DNA from: Kiritimatiellia bacterium
Lineage (GTDB): Bacteria; Verrucomicrobiota; Kiritimatiellia; RFP12; UBA1067
DNA length: 64,000 nt
Direction of reading: 5' to 3'
Assembly: GCA_050949565.1 (NCBI GenBank)
Contig: JBMNFY010000017.1
Coordinates: 544,001 to 608,000, forward strand
Both the position numbers and the translations under genes were made by a program. Below the pieces are notes generated by a model, which searched no databases, had not been told where the DNA came from, and saw only the letters and a list, made by a program, of their open reading frames with translations. Positions 8,663-18,766 of the stretch are shown piece by piece. The stretch's first letter is position 1. Every line of letters starts with the position of its first letter.

Positions 8663-10875
8663 TACGGGTGTTGACGGCCGGTGCGCTGACGATGTTCGCG
8701 ATAACAGCCTGCTGTGCGCAGCAGGTGCTGTATGTGGATGCGCAACGCGGCAGTGATCTCCATGACGGAACGCAAGCGAAACCATTTGCATCGCTGGCGC
8801 GGGCGCGCGACGCCGTGCGCGCCCTGAAAAAGGCGAATGCTTTTCCAGAGCGGGGCGTGGTCATCGAGGTGTCCGGCAACTTTTCGCTGGCGACCCAAAA
8901 CTTGGTGCTGGAAGCGCAAGATGGCGGTACTGGACCTGATGCGCCGGTGGTGGTCCGGGCCGGCGCGAGCGGTGCCGTAATCACGGGTGGCCATGCGCTG
9001 CCGCCGGAGGGTTTCCGCAAGGTGACAGACGACGCGACGCGCACCCGCCTGCCCGAGGCCGCGCGCGAGCACGTTGTGGTGTTTGACCTCGCAAGTGTGG
9101 GGGTGGAAGCCTTGGAGCCCCTGCCGGACAAATTCAGCGGATGGCGCGAGATGGAAATCTTCTGCGACGGCAAGGCGATGCGACTGGCGCGCTGGCCGAA
9201 CACCGGCTGGACGGAGATCGTCAAGGTCATTGATCGCGGTGTCAAGCCGGTCGACAAAGCGACCGGCGAATGGGAGCACGGCTACAAAGGAGGCACCTTT
9301 GAATACACGGGCGACGCGCCATCGCGCTGGCGGGTCGACAAAGGGATCTGGATGAACGGTTTCTGGTGTCACGACTGGGCCAATGAAACGCTCAAGATCG
9401 GGACGATCGACACCGCCAAGCGCTGGATCACTTCGGCCGGCATCCACACGTACGGCATCGGCAACTCGTCCAAATGGCGCACGGCCAAACGCCGTTATTA
9501 TGTCTTCAACCTGCTCGAAGAACTTGACGCGCCGGGCGAATGGTATGTGGACCGGGAAAACCGCATGCTCTATTTTTATCCGCCGGACGGCGCGGTTGAT
9601 GCCGTGGTTTTGGCGGTGCAGAAAAAACCGTTGATCCAACTGGTCAAGACGGCTCATGTCAGGCTGGAGGGGCTTCAGTTTGCCTTCAGCATTGGACATG
9701 CGGTCTCCATTCAAGAGTGCGAGAACGTGCTGTTGAAGGAACTGCGCGTGGCGCACATCACGACCGACGGCGTGAACATCCATGGCGGGCGCAACTGCGG
9801 CTTGGACGGGTGTGAAGTCTACGGCACGGGCGGCACAGGCGTGAGGGTATACGGCGGCGACAGGAAATCACTGACCGGCTGCGGCCACTTCGTCACGAAC
9901 TGCCACCTGCATCATTGCGGACGCTTACAGCGCACTCAGGGGAAGTGCTTATCGTTTTTCGGAGTCGGCGTGCGCGTCGCGCACAATCTGATCCATGATT
10001 CGCCTTACGTCGCGGTCATGTACAACGGTAATGACCATGTGTTCGAATATAACGAGGTCCACTCGGCGATGATGGAGAGCGGTGACGGCGGCGGTCTCTA
10101 CACGGGGCGCGACTGGGGGTCGCAGGGGACGGTCATCCGCTACAATTATTTCCATCACTTCGGACAGCCAGGGGTGACGTGGCAGAAAGCGCAGGGATTG
10201 TCGCCGGACTATGAGCCGCTCAAAGAGAGCGTGATGGTCATGGGCGTTTACCTAGATGACTGTGACAGCGGGGAGACGGTCTGCGACAATCTGTTTTTCC
10301 GTACCGGCTGGGCGGCGTTCGTCGGCGGCGGGCGCTACAATACGATTCGCAACAATCTTTTCATCGAGTGTACCTCCGCGTTGCATCTTGACGACCGCGG
10401 TCTGAAACGGGCGCGCCCGGGCGAGGGAACCAAGGACGGCTGGGATCTATCGGCCAAGCTGGAGGCGGTCAACTGGCAGGAGTCGCCGTGGAAAGATCGC
10501 TATCCGCACTTGGTGAACATCATGGAGGACGAGCCGAAGTTGCCGTTGCACAATGTGTTTGAAAAGAACGTGGCCATCAACTGCCCGCGCTTCTTGCAAA
10601 TGCACGGGACGGTCAAAGAGACGGCGGTGCCGCGCTTGACATTCCGTGACAATCTCGTGTTCGGGACGATCCATGCGAAAGACGCCGAGGCCTTTCCCCA
10701 GAACGAAGAGGGGCGGCAGCGCGTTGCATTCATGACGGAGACTTTGCCGGACAGTAACGAACCCGATCAGACCGGATTCAAGGTGCAGGAGAGCGAGATG
10801 TTCCGGCGGCTGGCGCCTTGGTTCGAGCGTATTCCGCTTGAACGCATCGGGCGCAGTGCGCCGCGTGCGAAGTAG
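8647..10875 (+). CDS. Secreted right-handed parallel beta-helix (pectin-lyase fold, GH141-like) protein
   Basis: LYVDAQRGSDLHDGTQAKPFASLARARDAVR, LARWPN, NLLEELDAPGEWYVD, DGGGLYTGRDW, GVYLDD. Confidence 0.85.
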   Translation: MDRRVIRVLTAGALTMFAITACCAQQVLYVDAQRGSDLHDGTQAKPFASLARARDAVRALKKANAFPERGVVIEVSGNFSLATQNLVLEAQDGGTGPDAPVVVRAGASGAVITGGHALPPEGFRKVTDDATRTRLPEAAREHVVVFDLASVGVEALEPLPDKFSGWREMEIFCDGKAMRLARWPNTGWTEIVKVIDRGVKPVDKATGEWEHGYKGGTFEYTGDAPSRWRVDKGIWMNGFWCHDWANETLKIGTIDTAKRWITSAGIHTYGIGNSSKWRTAKRRYYVFNLLEELDAPGEWYVDRENRMLYFYPPDGAVDAVVLAVQKKPLIQLVKTAHVRLEGLQFAFSIGHAVSIQECENVLLKELRVAHITTDGVNIHGGRNCGLDGCEVYGTGGTGVRVYGGDRKSLTGCGHFVTNCHLHHCGRLQRTQGKCLSFFGVGVRVAHNLIHDSPYVAVMYNGNDHVFEYNEVHSAMMESGDGGGLYTGRDWGSQGTVIRYNYFHHFGQPGVTWQKAQGLSPDYEPLKESVMVMGVYLDDCDSGETVCDNLFFRTGWAAFVGGGRYNTIRNNLFIECTSALHLDDRGLKRARPGEGTKDGWDLSAKLEAVNWQESPWKDRYPHLVNIMEDEPKLPLHNVFEKNVAINCPRFLQMHGTVKETAVPRLTFRDNLVFGTIHAKDAEAFPQNEEGRQRVAFMTETLPDSNEPDQTGFKVQESEMFRRLAPWFERIPLERIGRSAPRAK

Positions 10876-10880
10876 GACTT

Positions 10881-11048
10881 GATGAATTGCGTAAGGCGTA
10901 CGATACGATGCACGCGCACATTTCTTGGAGTATGGCGGACGCGCTGACGGCGTTTGATGCCGCGACCGCCGCTGCGACTCGGAAAGGTCGTGCGCCCAGC
11001 GATCCGGTGCATGACGCGTTCGCGCAGATCACGGCCCGCTTCACGTGA
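10881..11048 (+). pseudogene. Internally deleted 3' fragment of a paralog of the GntR gene at 24646..25404
   Basis: Translates DELRKAYDTMHA|HISWSMADALTAFDAATAAATRKGRAPSDPVHDAFAQITARFT*, matching two segments of the GntR that lie 95 codons apart. Confidence 0.9.
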
Positions 11049-11054
11049 TGGCTC

Positions 11055-11510
11055 AAACCATGAAACACATGAAACTTCATGAAAGGTTGAGGGCATGAAA
11101 GAAAAGATCACGGCGGTCTATGAAGAGGAGTGCTATCAGATACGCGGGGCCTTGTATGACGTGTACACGGTGCTCGGAACTGGTTTCTCGGAAGAGGTCT
11201 ACCAAGAGGCGCTGGAGAAAGAATTTGCCATGCGCCATATCCCTTTTGTGTCACAGCAAGTCCTGCGATTTCATACAAAGGGGAATGGCTTGCAAAGACC
11301 TACAAAGCAGATCTGGTCTGTTACGACAAAATCATTCTCGAATTGAAAGCTGTCAAAGCCCTGCTTTCCGAGCACGAGGCGCAACTCATCAATTACCTTA
11401 AAGCAACCGGAATGCGTCTGGGCTTTCTCGTCAACTTTTGTCATTTTCCCAAGGCAGAGATACGCACATATGTAAACTAATTTCATGAAGTTTCATGTGT
11501 TTCATGGTTT
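11055..11510. mobile_element. CATGAA-IR element 1 carrying a frameshifted GxxExxY gene
   Basis: Perfect 30-bp inverted repeats at 11055..11084 and 11481..11510 enclose only the RBS and ORF. Confidence 0.75.
11095..11480 (+). pseudogene. GxxExxY protein (PD-(D/E)XK-like), 1-nt frameshift near 11266
   Basis: GFSEEVY motif; CTGCGATTT here versus CTGCGGATTT in the intact copy at 21123. May be a sequencing error. Confidence 0.85.
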
Positions 11511-11525
11511 AAACTCCTTTCCCTG

Positions 11526-11565
11526 TTGACAGCCGCCAGCCGAACGTGATATAAAACCGGTATAC
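11526..11565 (+). promoter_or_regulatory. Sigma70 promoter with candidate operator AAAACCGGTATAC (copy 2)
   Basis: TTGACA 11526, TATAAA 11550; lies immediately after the right IR. Confidence 0.7.
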
Positions 11566-11613
11566 AGCTTTTATTAACCTGTGTTTTAACCGGTGTGGCA
11601 AGAGGAGTTAGGT

Positions 11614-14600
11614 ATGCATGCTCAAGGACGGAGTTCACGGTTTGCTGTTTCAATCAAGACGGGGGCGGTCATTGGGCTGTTCCTCCTTATGGGCGCACAT
11701 GGTGCACGTGCCGCCGACGCAGTGCTCAGTTTCAGTGCCAGTGGCCAGCGGGTTGTCACCACCGGCCAGATCACGGCCAATGACTTCACAGCGGAGGCGT
11801 GGTTCAAGCTATCCAGCTACATCTCTGAAAACCAGATCTTTTCGCAATACCGCGACGATGCCGGTCGCTTTATTGTCGGTATCAAGGACAAGGTCGCGGG
11901 CATGTTCATCGGCGGCACCTGGATGACGGGCAGCGGTACGATCCCGCTCAATACTTGGACTCACATTGCTGTCTCGCGTAGCAACACGACCTGGACCATC
12001 TACATCAACGGCCAGTTCTATACGAACGGCGTCCATAACGCGAATCCTCTCGCCAACACAACGTTTGCAATCGGCGCGATCGGCACCACGGCACCGGGCT
12101 TCCGGGGAGAGATCAGCGATGTGCGTGCCTGGAATACGGTCCGCTCTCAAGCGCAGATCGCTGGCGGGTTGGACACGCGCCTTACCGGCACTGAGGCAGG
12201 ACTTGCGCACTACTGGCCGCTGAATGAGGGCTTAGGTAGTACGGTCGCGGATCTTGCTGCTGGAGCCTCAGGAACGCTCGGTGCCGGTGTTGCTTGGGCC
12301 GTTAGTACCGATCTGCCGTTCTCGACGGCGCGACAGGACGGCACCGTTGCCTACTGGCGGCTGGACGCAGATGCGTCCGGTACGTTGGACACGCGCGACT
12401 TTATCGGCAACGCCCGCTTGTCGAGCGGTCTCGATATAACCGCGCACACAACAACCATGCAGGCCAGCCGCAATCAGGCGTTCAGCGGCCAACCGCCGAA
12501 CAGCACGCTGCCCCTGCCGAACGGTAACTCCGGTTCGGCGTACGCGCAGGCCAACGGTGCCTGTCTGCGCGTCACCGATCTGGGACGCCACTTGGAAATC
12601 ACCAACAGCTTTACGGTCGAGGGTTGGATCGCTCCGCACCGGCAAGATTATGATACAGACATCCAGTACATCGCTAATACGCGTGTTTTCACCAAGGGAT
12701 GGGCCTTCGCGCTCAAACGCATGTCGGACGGCACGCGCAGGCTCGTCATCTACGCTGGGGATGACAGTGGCGTTCAAGTTGGCGACGCATCGCTCTCCGG
12801 CGACCTGGCGGCGTGGGCGGACACCTGGCGGCATGTGGCGCTGGTCTATGATGCAAATGCGGGCGAACAGGCGCAGGGTGCCTGGCGGTGCTATCTGGAT
12901 GGCGAGCTGCAGGGCGCGGCCACCAATCAACAGGCGCGTGTCGGCACCACTGCCTCCGAGTATTTCCATTTGGCCGGCCGCATTGGCGGCCACCCCGCTA
13001 CTTTCTGCGGTTATCTGGATTGTTGGCGTGTGAGCCAGGCCGCGCTCGTACCCGAGCAGTTTCTCAACGCGACCGACGGCGCGGTCGCCGCGACCGACGT
13101 GCTGGCGCTATGGCCGCTGAATTCAACGGACGGGGTCTACTTCGATGGTTCGGACGTGACCGGCAACTGGTCGTTCGGCACACCGTTGACAGCCTTGCAC
13201 AAGGCCACAGGCAGCACATCGCAGGCGGTAACCCCGCTTCCCAATCCGGATGCGTCGGCCGCATTTCGCGGTGATCCCGCCGTCAATACTGGCAGTCTGG
13301 TGTTCAACACACCGGCGGCAGCAGCCAAGCGCGCGTATCTCGCCTCCGACAATTATACCGTGCGCGACACGCTCTGTTACACCAACAGCTTTACACTGGA
13401 GGGGTGGTTCTATCGGACACTGAATCCGGGCGGCTGGCAACTTCTCTTTGCGACGGGCGGGGCACCGGTGTTCAGCAATCCGATCGTCGGCCTGTCACTC
13501 AATTTCACCTACCGGACCAACGGTTACGTGCTCTTCGCGGGTGGTGGGTGGCCGGGGACGCTCGTGAGCGATGTGTCGTTCGGCACTGGGTCGATTGATA
13601 ACGAACTGAACGTCTGGCGGCATGTTGCGTTGGTCTACGACGTGACCGTCGGCAAGGGGACCTGGTCGCTCTATGTGGACGGCACGCTCAAAGGCAGCAT
13701 CGAAAACAACACAGTGCCGACCCGTTCCGTACCGGCTTACTTCTATATCGGCGGGCGCCCGTGGTCGGACAACGCGTTCAACGGCGCGATCGATACCGTG
13801 CGCCTGACGCGCGGCGTGCTCGCGCCGTCGCAGTTCCTCAATGCTGCAGGCGCACCGCCGCCCGCTCCGCCCGCGCCCGCGACGGTCGCCTATTGGAAGC
13901 TGGATGACGACGGCGCCGCGCTCGATGCCTCCAGCCAGGTGGAGCCGCGCTACGGCTTCGCGCTGGATGCGTACGCGCCTCGCCGCTTCGGCGGCGCAGT
14001 TCAAGCGCTTCGTCCCGGTGCCGGACACGACGCCCGGCTTCATCGGCGAACCCGCGCGCCAACGCCGGTTCGGCGGCTTTTGACAGTGCCAATTATTTGC
14101 GTGTGCAGAGTCTTGGCATCCGAGTCGAAATGGATTGCGCTTTTACGGTCGAGGGCTGGATGTTCTGGAGCAACCGGGCCGCCCGTGCGGTGCAAACGAT
14201 CGCGGGAACGCGCTTCGACGCGACGTACGGCTGGAGGCTGTCGCTTGAAAAGAACGGCGACGCGGCGGCGTTCCGGCTCTTCTGTCGTACGCCGAATCAG
14301 ACGCCGCTGATTGATGCCACTTTCGCTTTTGATGCCGCTGGACTAGCCGACGCGTGGCACCATCTGGCGCTGACCTTTACGCCCCGCCGCAATGATACCG
14401 GCACATGGGAACTCTTCGTTGACGGGGTCTCGGTCGGTACGCTTGAAAACATCTTCTATCCCGCCGTGCCTCACCGGAGCCACTGGTTTGCGCTGGGTGG
14501 GCAGGCCGATGGCACCGATTCGTCGTTCGACGGACTGCTCGACTGCTGGCGCGTCTCGGAGGGTGCGCGGACGCCCGACACCTTCCTGTATTTGGGGTAT

Positions 14601-14630
14601 GACAAAGGGACACTGCTGAAGATCCGCTGA
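11614..14630 (+). pseudogene. Large secreted multi-LamG (concanavalin A-like) protein with two apparent frameshifts (~13978, ~14050)
   Basis: Repeated FT(V/A/L)E(G/A)W...WRHVALVYD...WxLY(V/L)DG...FxGxxDxxR units continue across ORFs 11593..14310, 13841..14083 and 14097..14630. Ends GTLLKIR*. Confidence 0.8.
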
Positions 14631-14636
14631 TGAGGG

Positions 14637-15063
14637 AACCATGAAACACATGAAACTTCATGAAAGTTTTTTTGAGGGCATTGCTCGGGTTTGTTTAACC
14701 ACAGAGAACACAGAGAGCACAGAGTTTTTTGAGGGGGCGGGGCTGGCCGCAAATTTATTGCGACCACCTAGTGGTCGCAATGATGAGTGTAAAAGCACTG
14801 CTCGGTTGTTTCACGCGAAGGCGCGAAGACGCGAAGGTTGGAGGGCGAGTGTCCCCACGAGCCGCCTTCCGCTGAGCGGAAGGATGGGAGGGACGAGCGT
14901 CGCTCGTCCGCGGGCAAGCAGACGCTTGCCCCTCCCTGCGCTTCGCAAGCCAGATGACACGAGATGGAGGGCGGCATCTGGGTGGCGCACAAAATTGAAT
15001 TGGGGTGCGGGCTCCGCTAAAAAGGAGTTCTTGATTTCATGAAGTTTCATGTGTTTCATGGTT
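14637..15063. mobile_element. CATGAA-IR element 2 (427 bp, non-coding, packed with repeat modules)
   Basis: 29-bp IRs at 14637..14665 and 15035..15063; about 5 substitutions versus 16273..16699. Confidence 0.8.
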
Positions 15064-15120
15064 AAAAAAGTCCTCCCTCTAATCGGGATTGGAACGAAAA
15101 ATGTGACGAAAGGATATGTG

Positions 15121-16272
15121 ATGAAAAAAACACTTGTTGTTTCGACTGTTAGCCTCTTGTTTGCTGCGGCTGCTTTCTGCCAGCCGCCTAAGGCCCCGCC
15201 ACCGGAGCATGCCGGTCCGCCGCTGCCGCGTCATGCAGTCACCAACCGCGCTTTCACTGGCATCTCCAGCCTGGCGGTCGCACCCAACGGTCGGCTCTGG
15301 GTAACCTGGTATGCCGGCCACACGCCGGGCGAGGACCGCAATAACTATGTGGTGCTCGCTACCAGCGGTGATGGTGGCGCGACTTGGAAGGAACTGCTCA
15401 CTGTGGACCCCGACGGCGGGGGGCAACGTCGCACCTTCGATCCCGAAGTGTGGATTGCGCCGGATGGTCGGCTACGCTGGATATGGAGCGACCGTACCAT
15501 GCCGCACAGCGGTGTGTCGTCCGACGCGATCTGGATGATCGTGCTCGACGATCCCGCGTCGGAAAGCACTGCATGGCACCCGCCGGTATATGTCACGCAG
15601 GGCGTGATGATGTGCAAGCCCATCGTGCTCTCTTCAGGCGAGTGGGCGCTGCCGGTCTGTACGTGGTATTCGGAGAACAGTTCGAAAATGGTGGTCTCCA
15701 CTGACAACGGCAAGACGTGGTCGGTGCGCGGCGGCGCGAACATGCCTAGGGAAGACCGCTGTTTTGACGAGCACATGTTTGTGGAACGCAAGGACGGCTC
15801 GATCTGGTGTCTGTCGCGCGCCAAATCCGGCATCCGCGAGGCGGTCTCGACCGACCGTGGCGCAACATGGTCGCCGCTGGAGCCGTCGCCGATCCAGCAC
15901 CCGTCGGCACGCTTCTTCATCACGCGGCTGCTCTCCGGCAACCTGCTGCTTGTGAAGCACGGTCCGATTGAAAGGAAGACCGGTCGTTCGCATCTCATGG
16001 CCTTTGTGTCGAAGGACGATGGCCGGAGATGGGAGGGCGGCCTGATGCTCGATGAGCGGAACGGTGTCTCCTATCCCGACGGCCAGCAGGCGGCGGACGG
16101 CACGATCTACATCACATACGATTTTGACCGTATCGGCAAACGCCATATCCTCTTCTCCACCTTCCGCGAGGAGGACGTGCTGGCCGGCAAGCCGGTTTCC
16201 GGCGCGGTACGTCTGCGCCAGATCGTGAGCGAGGGATCGGGTGGTGTCAAACGGTCTGAGGCCGCTAAATGA
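15121..16272 (+). CDS. Secreted sialidase-family (BNR/Asp-box) protein
   Basis: Asp boxes SGDGGATW, STDNGKTW, STDRGATW, SKDDGRRW; VSYPD; signal peptide from ATG 15121. Confidence 0.88.
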   Translation: MKKTLVVSTVSLLFAAAAFCQPPKAPPPEHAGPPLPRHAVTNRAFTGISSLAVAPNGRLWVTWYAGHTPGEDRNNYVVLATSGDGGATWKELLTVDPDGGGQRRTFDPEVWIAPDGRLRWIWSDRTMPHSGVSSDAIWMIVLDDPASESTAWHPPVYVTQGVMMCKPIVLSSGEWALPVCTWYSENSSKMVVSTDNGKTWSVRGGANMPREDRCFDEHMFVERKDGSIWCLSRAKSGIREAVSTDRGATWSPLEPSPIQHPSARFFITRLLSGNLLLVKHGPIERKTGRSHLMAFVSKDDGRRWEGGLMLDERNGVSYPDGQQAADGTIYITYDFDRIGKRHILFSTFREEDVLAGKPVSGAVRLRQIVSEGSGGVKRSEAAK

Positions 16273-16699
16273 AACCATGAAACACATGAAACTTCATGAA
16301 AGTTTTTTTGAGGGCATTGCTCGGGTTTGTTTAACCACAGAGAACACAGAGAGCACAGAGTTTTTTGAGGGGGCGGGGCTGGCCGCAAATTTATTGCGAC
16401 CACCCAGTGGTCGCAATGATGAGTGTAAAAGCACTGCTCGGTTGTTTCACGCGAAGGCGCGAAGGCGCGAAGGTTGGAGGGCGAGTGTCCCCACGAGCCG
16501 CCTTCCGCTGCGCGGAAGGATGGGAGGGACGAGCGTCGCTCGTCCGCAGGCAAGCAGACGCTTGCCCCTCCCAGCGCTTCGCAAGCCAGATGACACGAGA
16601 TGGAGGGCGGCATCTGGGTGGCGCACAAAATTGAATTGGGGTGCGGGCTCCGCTAAAAAGGAGTTCTTGATTTCATGAAGTTTCATGTGTTTCATGGTT
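16273..16699. mobile_element. CATGAA-IR element 3 (427 bp direct duplicate of element 2)
   Basis: Begins at the base after the sialidase stop; same length and content as 14637..15063. Confidence 0.8.
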
Positions 16700-16710
16700 T
16701 AAGGAGAGGA

Positions 16711-18504
16711 ATGATGAGAGAGTTGATGATAGTCGCGACCGTAACGATCACACTGTGCGGGCTGGTACCGCTTCACGCGCGCGCTAACGCGCCGCTTGTC
16801 TCCTGCGCGTTGTTGAGCGGGCCGGGCGCGGCGCTTGAGAAGATCACCGGTGTGCATCCCGGCGTTATCGAAGAGGGGGCCACCGTGTTCACCGACCGCG
16901 CCTTCGTCTACCATCGGCCGCCCGCTGGCCTCAAGGGTATGCCTGCGTTGGTGGGATCGATCGATTGCGACGTGCCGGTCACCGTGTCCAAAGACGGCCT
17001 GCTCACCGTGCTCACGCCAGCACCGGACATCAAGGGCGCGTTCTGCTCAAATGCCCCCGAATTGGAAGCGCGCGGCTTCACATGGGTTCAGTCTCCGGCG
17101 CAGTTCCAATTGTTCGGAGAGAATCCTGTCGACACCGTGCGCATTTATCAGAAAGCCGTCACGCGCGGCGAGTCGTTCACCTTTAAGAAATGGGTCGTGC
17201 TGGCGGGTGTCGATTTCGCAGGCCAAGATTTCTTCACGCCGAACGCACGGGTGGCGCGTGTGGTCGAGGCGCTGAAGGCCGACACGACCCGTCTGGACGC
17301 AAAGCTAAACGCGCAGGACATTCTGGTCAACCGTCCCGACTATGTGGTGTTCATTCCCCGGCAGCCGCGCGACAAGACAAAGCGCGATCCCGCTCGGCCT
17401 GGCGACACCTACAACGACCACTTTCAGGTGATCGAGCACGAGGGCATGCTGTACGCCTTCTGGACGCAAGCCTCGCGCGAGGCGGATATTGACCAGCACA
17501 TCGCTTTCTCAAAAAGCGCGGACAAAGGCGAGAGCTGGAGCGAGCCCGTGGTTCTGGCCGGTTCGCCCAACAAGAAAAACCCGGCGCTGTTGGCGAGTTG
17601 GCAACAACCAATGATCAGCGCGTCGGGCCGTATCTACTGCCTGTGGAATCAACAAACCACCAGCCGCGGGCCGCACTGTGGCCAGATGTTCGGCGCGTAT
17701 TCTGATGACAAGGGAGACACATGGTCGGCACCGAAAATGATACCGCTGAAGCGCAGCATTCTGGATGATCCCGATCCATTGATACCACCGAGCTGGTGCA
17801 ACTGGCAGCGCCCGTTGCGTCTGGGCAAAGGGGGGCGTTACCTGGTGGGCGTCTCGCGGCACGGTAAACTGCCGGACGCCAAACGGGGCGGATGCTATAT
17901 TGAGTTCTTGCAGTTTGACAACATCGACGACAATCCCAAGGTCGAGGACATCCGGCTGAGCTGGTTTTCGAGCGACGAGAAGGTACTGCGCGTCAGCCAC
18001 GAAAAATTCGGCGATGCTGCAGAGGAGGTCGGTCTCGTTAAGCTGCCGGACGGTCGTCTTTTCGGCATCATGCGCACCGGCGCGGGGTACCCCTACTGGA
18101 CGCAGAGCCGTGATAACGGCGTGACCTGGACGCAGCCCCGGCCGCTCCTGGATCGCGACGGCGGCAAGCCCTATCTGCACCCGCGCTCGCCCTGTCCGAT
18201 CTACGACTGGAAGGGGTGCGAGGCCGCCAGCGGCTACTACTTTGCCCTTGTCCACAACACCTTCGACTTTGACGGCAAAAGCGAGTATCAGCATCGCGGC
18301 CCGCTCTATCTGATCGCGGGCCGGTTTAACCCAAACGCCGAGCAGCCGGTCGAGTTTGCGCCGCCGAAACTTTTCGCCGAGCGCAAGGGCGGCAACTCGT
18401 TCTACACGAGCTATACGATCATGGACGGCAAAGGCATCCTCTGGTTCCCCGACCACAAGTTTTATCTGCTCGGACGTGAGATCGGGGAGGAGTGGTTTAA
18501 GTAG
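16711..18504 (+). CDS. Secreted sialidase-like (Asp-box) protein with an N-terminal accessory module
   Basis: RBS AGGAGAGG then ATG 16711; Asp boxes SADKGESW, SDDKGDTW, SRDNGVTW. Confidence 0.82.
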   Translation: MMRELMIVATVTITLCGLVPLHARANAPLVSCALLSGPGAALEKITGVHPGVIEEGATVFTDRAFVYHRPPAGLKGMPALVGSIDCDVPVTVSKDGLLTVLTPAPDIKGAFCSNAPELEARGFTWVQSPAQFQLFGENPVDTVRIYQKAVTRGESFTFKKWVVLAGVDFAGQDFFTPNARVARVVEALKADTTRLDAKLNAQDILVNRPDYVVFIPRQPRDKTKRDPARPGDTYNDHFQVIEHEGMLYAFWTQASREADIDQHIAFSKSADKGESWSEPVVLAGSPNKKNPALLASWQQPMISASGRIYCLWNQQTTSRGPHCGQMFGAYSDDKGDTWSAPKMIPLKRSILDDPDPLIPPSWCNWQRPLRLGKGGRYLVGVSRHGKLPDAKRGGCYIEFLQFDNIDDNPKVEDIRLSWFSSDEKVLRVSHEKFGDAAEEVGLVKLPDGRLFGIMRTGAGYPYWTQSRDNGVTWTQPRPLLDRDGGKPYLHPRSPCPIYDWKGCEAASGYYFALVHNTFDFDGKSEYQHRGPLYLIAGRFNPNAEQPVEFAPPKLFAERKGGNSFYTSYTIMDGKGILWFPDHKFYLLGREIGEEWFK

Positions 18505-18538
18505 AGCTTAGAAAGGTGGACAGCGCGGTTGGAATGAG

Positions 18539-18738
18539 ACCATGAAACACATGAAACTTCATGAAAGGTGGGGCATGGTTAGTGTATTGGTGCGTTAGTT
18601 CATCAGTGCATTAATTTGGTTCCATCGGAATCGGGATCGGGACCGAAATCGATAGAGAGTGAATAGTGGGGGGCTGTGCGGACACAAACCGCTAAAAAGG
18701 AGTTCTTGATTTCATGAAGTTTCATGTGTTTCATGGTT
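18539..18738. mobile_element. CATGAA-IR element 4 (200 bp, different internal modules)
   Basis: IRs at 18539..18566 and 18710..18738. Interior has TTAGTGC-like and ATCGGG-like repeats and shares the CCGCTAAAAAGGAGTTCTTGA tail with elements 2 and 3. Confidence 0.8.
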
Positions 18739-18766
18739 TAGAACGGTATGAAAAAGGAGAGGAAAG

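Noticed and set aside
8557-9783. Long antisense ORFs (also 19982, 27613, 35900, 40210, 46776, 51160, 54027, 62114)
   Set aside because: Shadow frames opposite well-supported GC-rich genes.
11055-11510. Classical IS element
   Set aside because: No DDE/HUH transposase motifs or target-site duplication; the enclosed ORF is GxxExxY.
14641-15059. ORFs MKHMKLHE... / MKFHVFHG... (also 16241, 16447, 20818, 39861, 61100, 61429)
   Set aside because: They are translations of non-coding repeats, not genes.
14637-18738. Integron attC sites
   Set aside because: Although bounded by AAC...GTT, the ends (AACCATG/CATGGTT) do not fit the RYYYAAC/GTTRRRY pattern consistently, the lengths (200-456 bp) are too large, and there is no integrase in the window.
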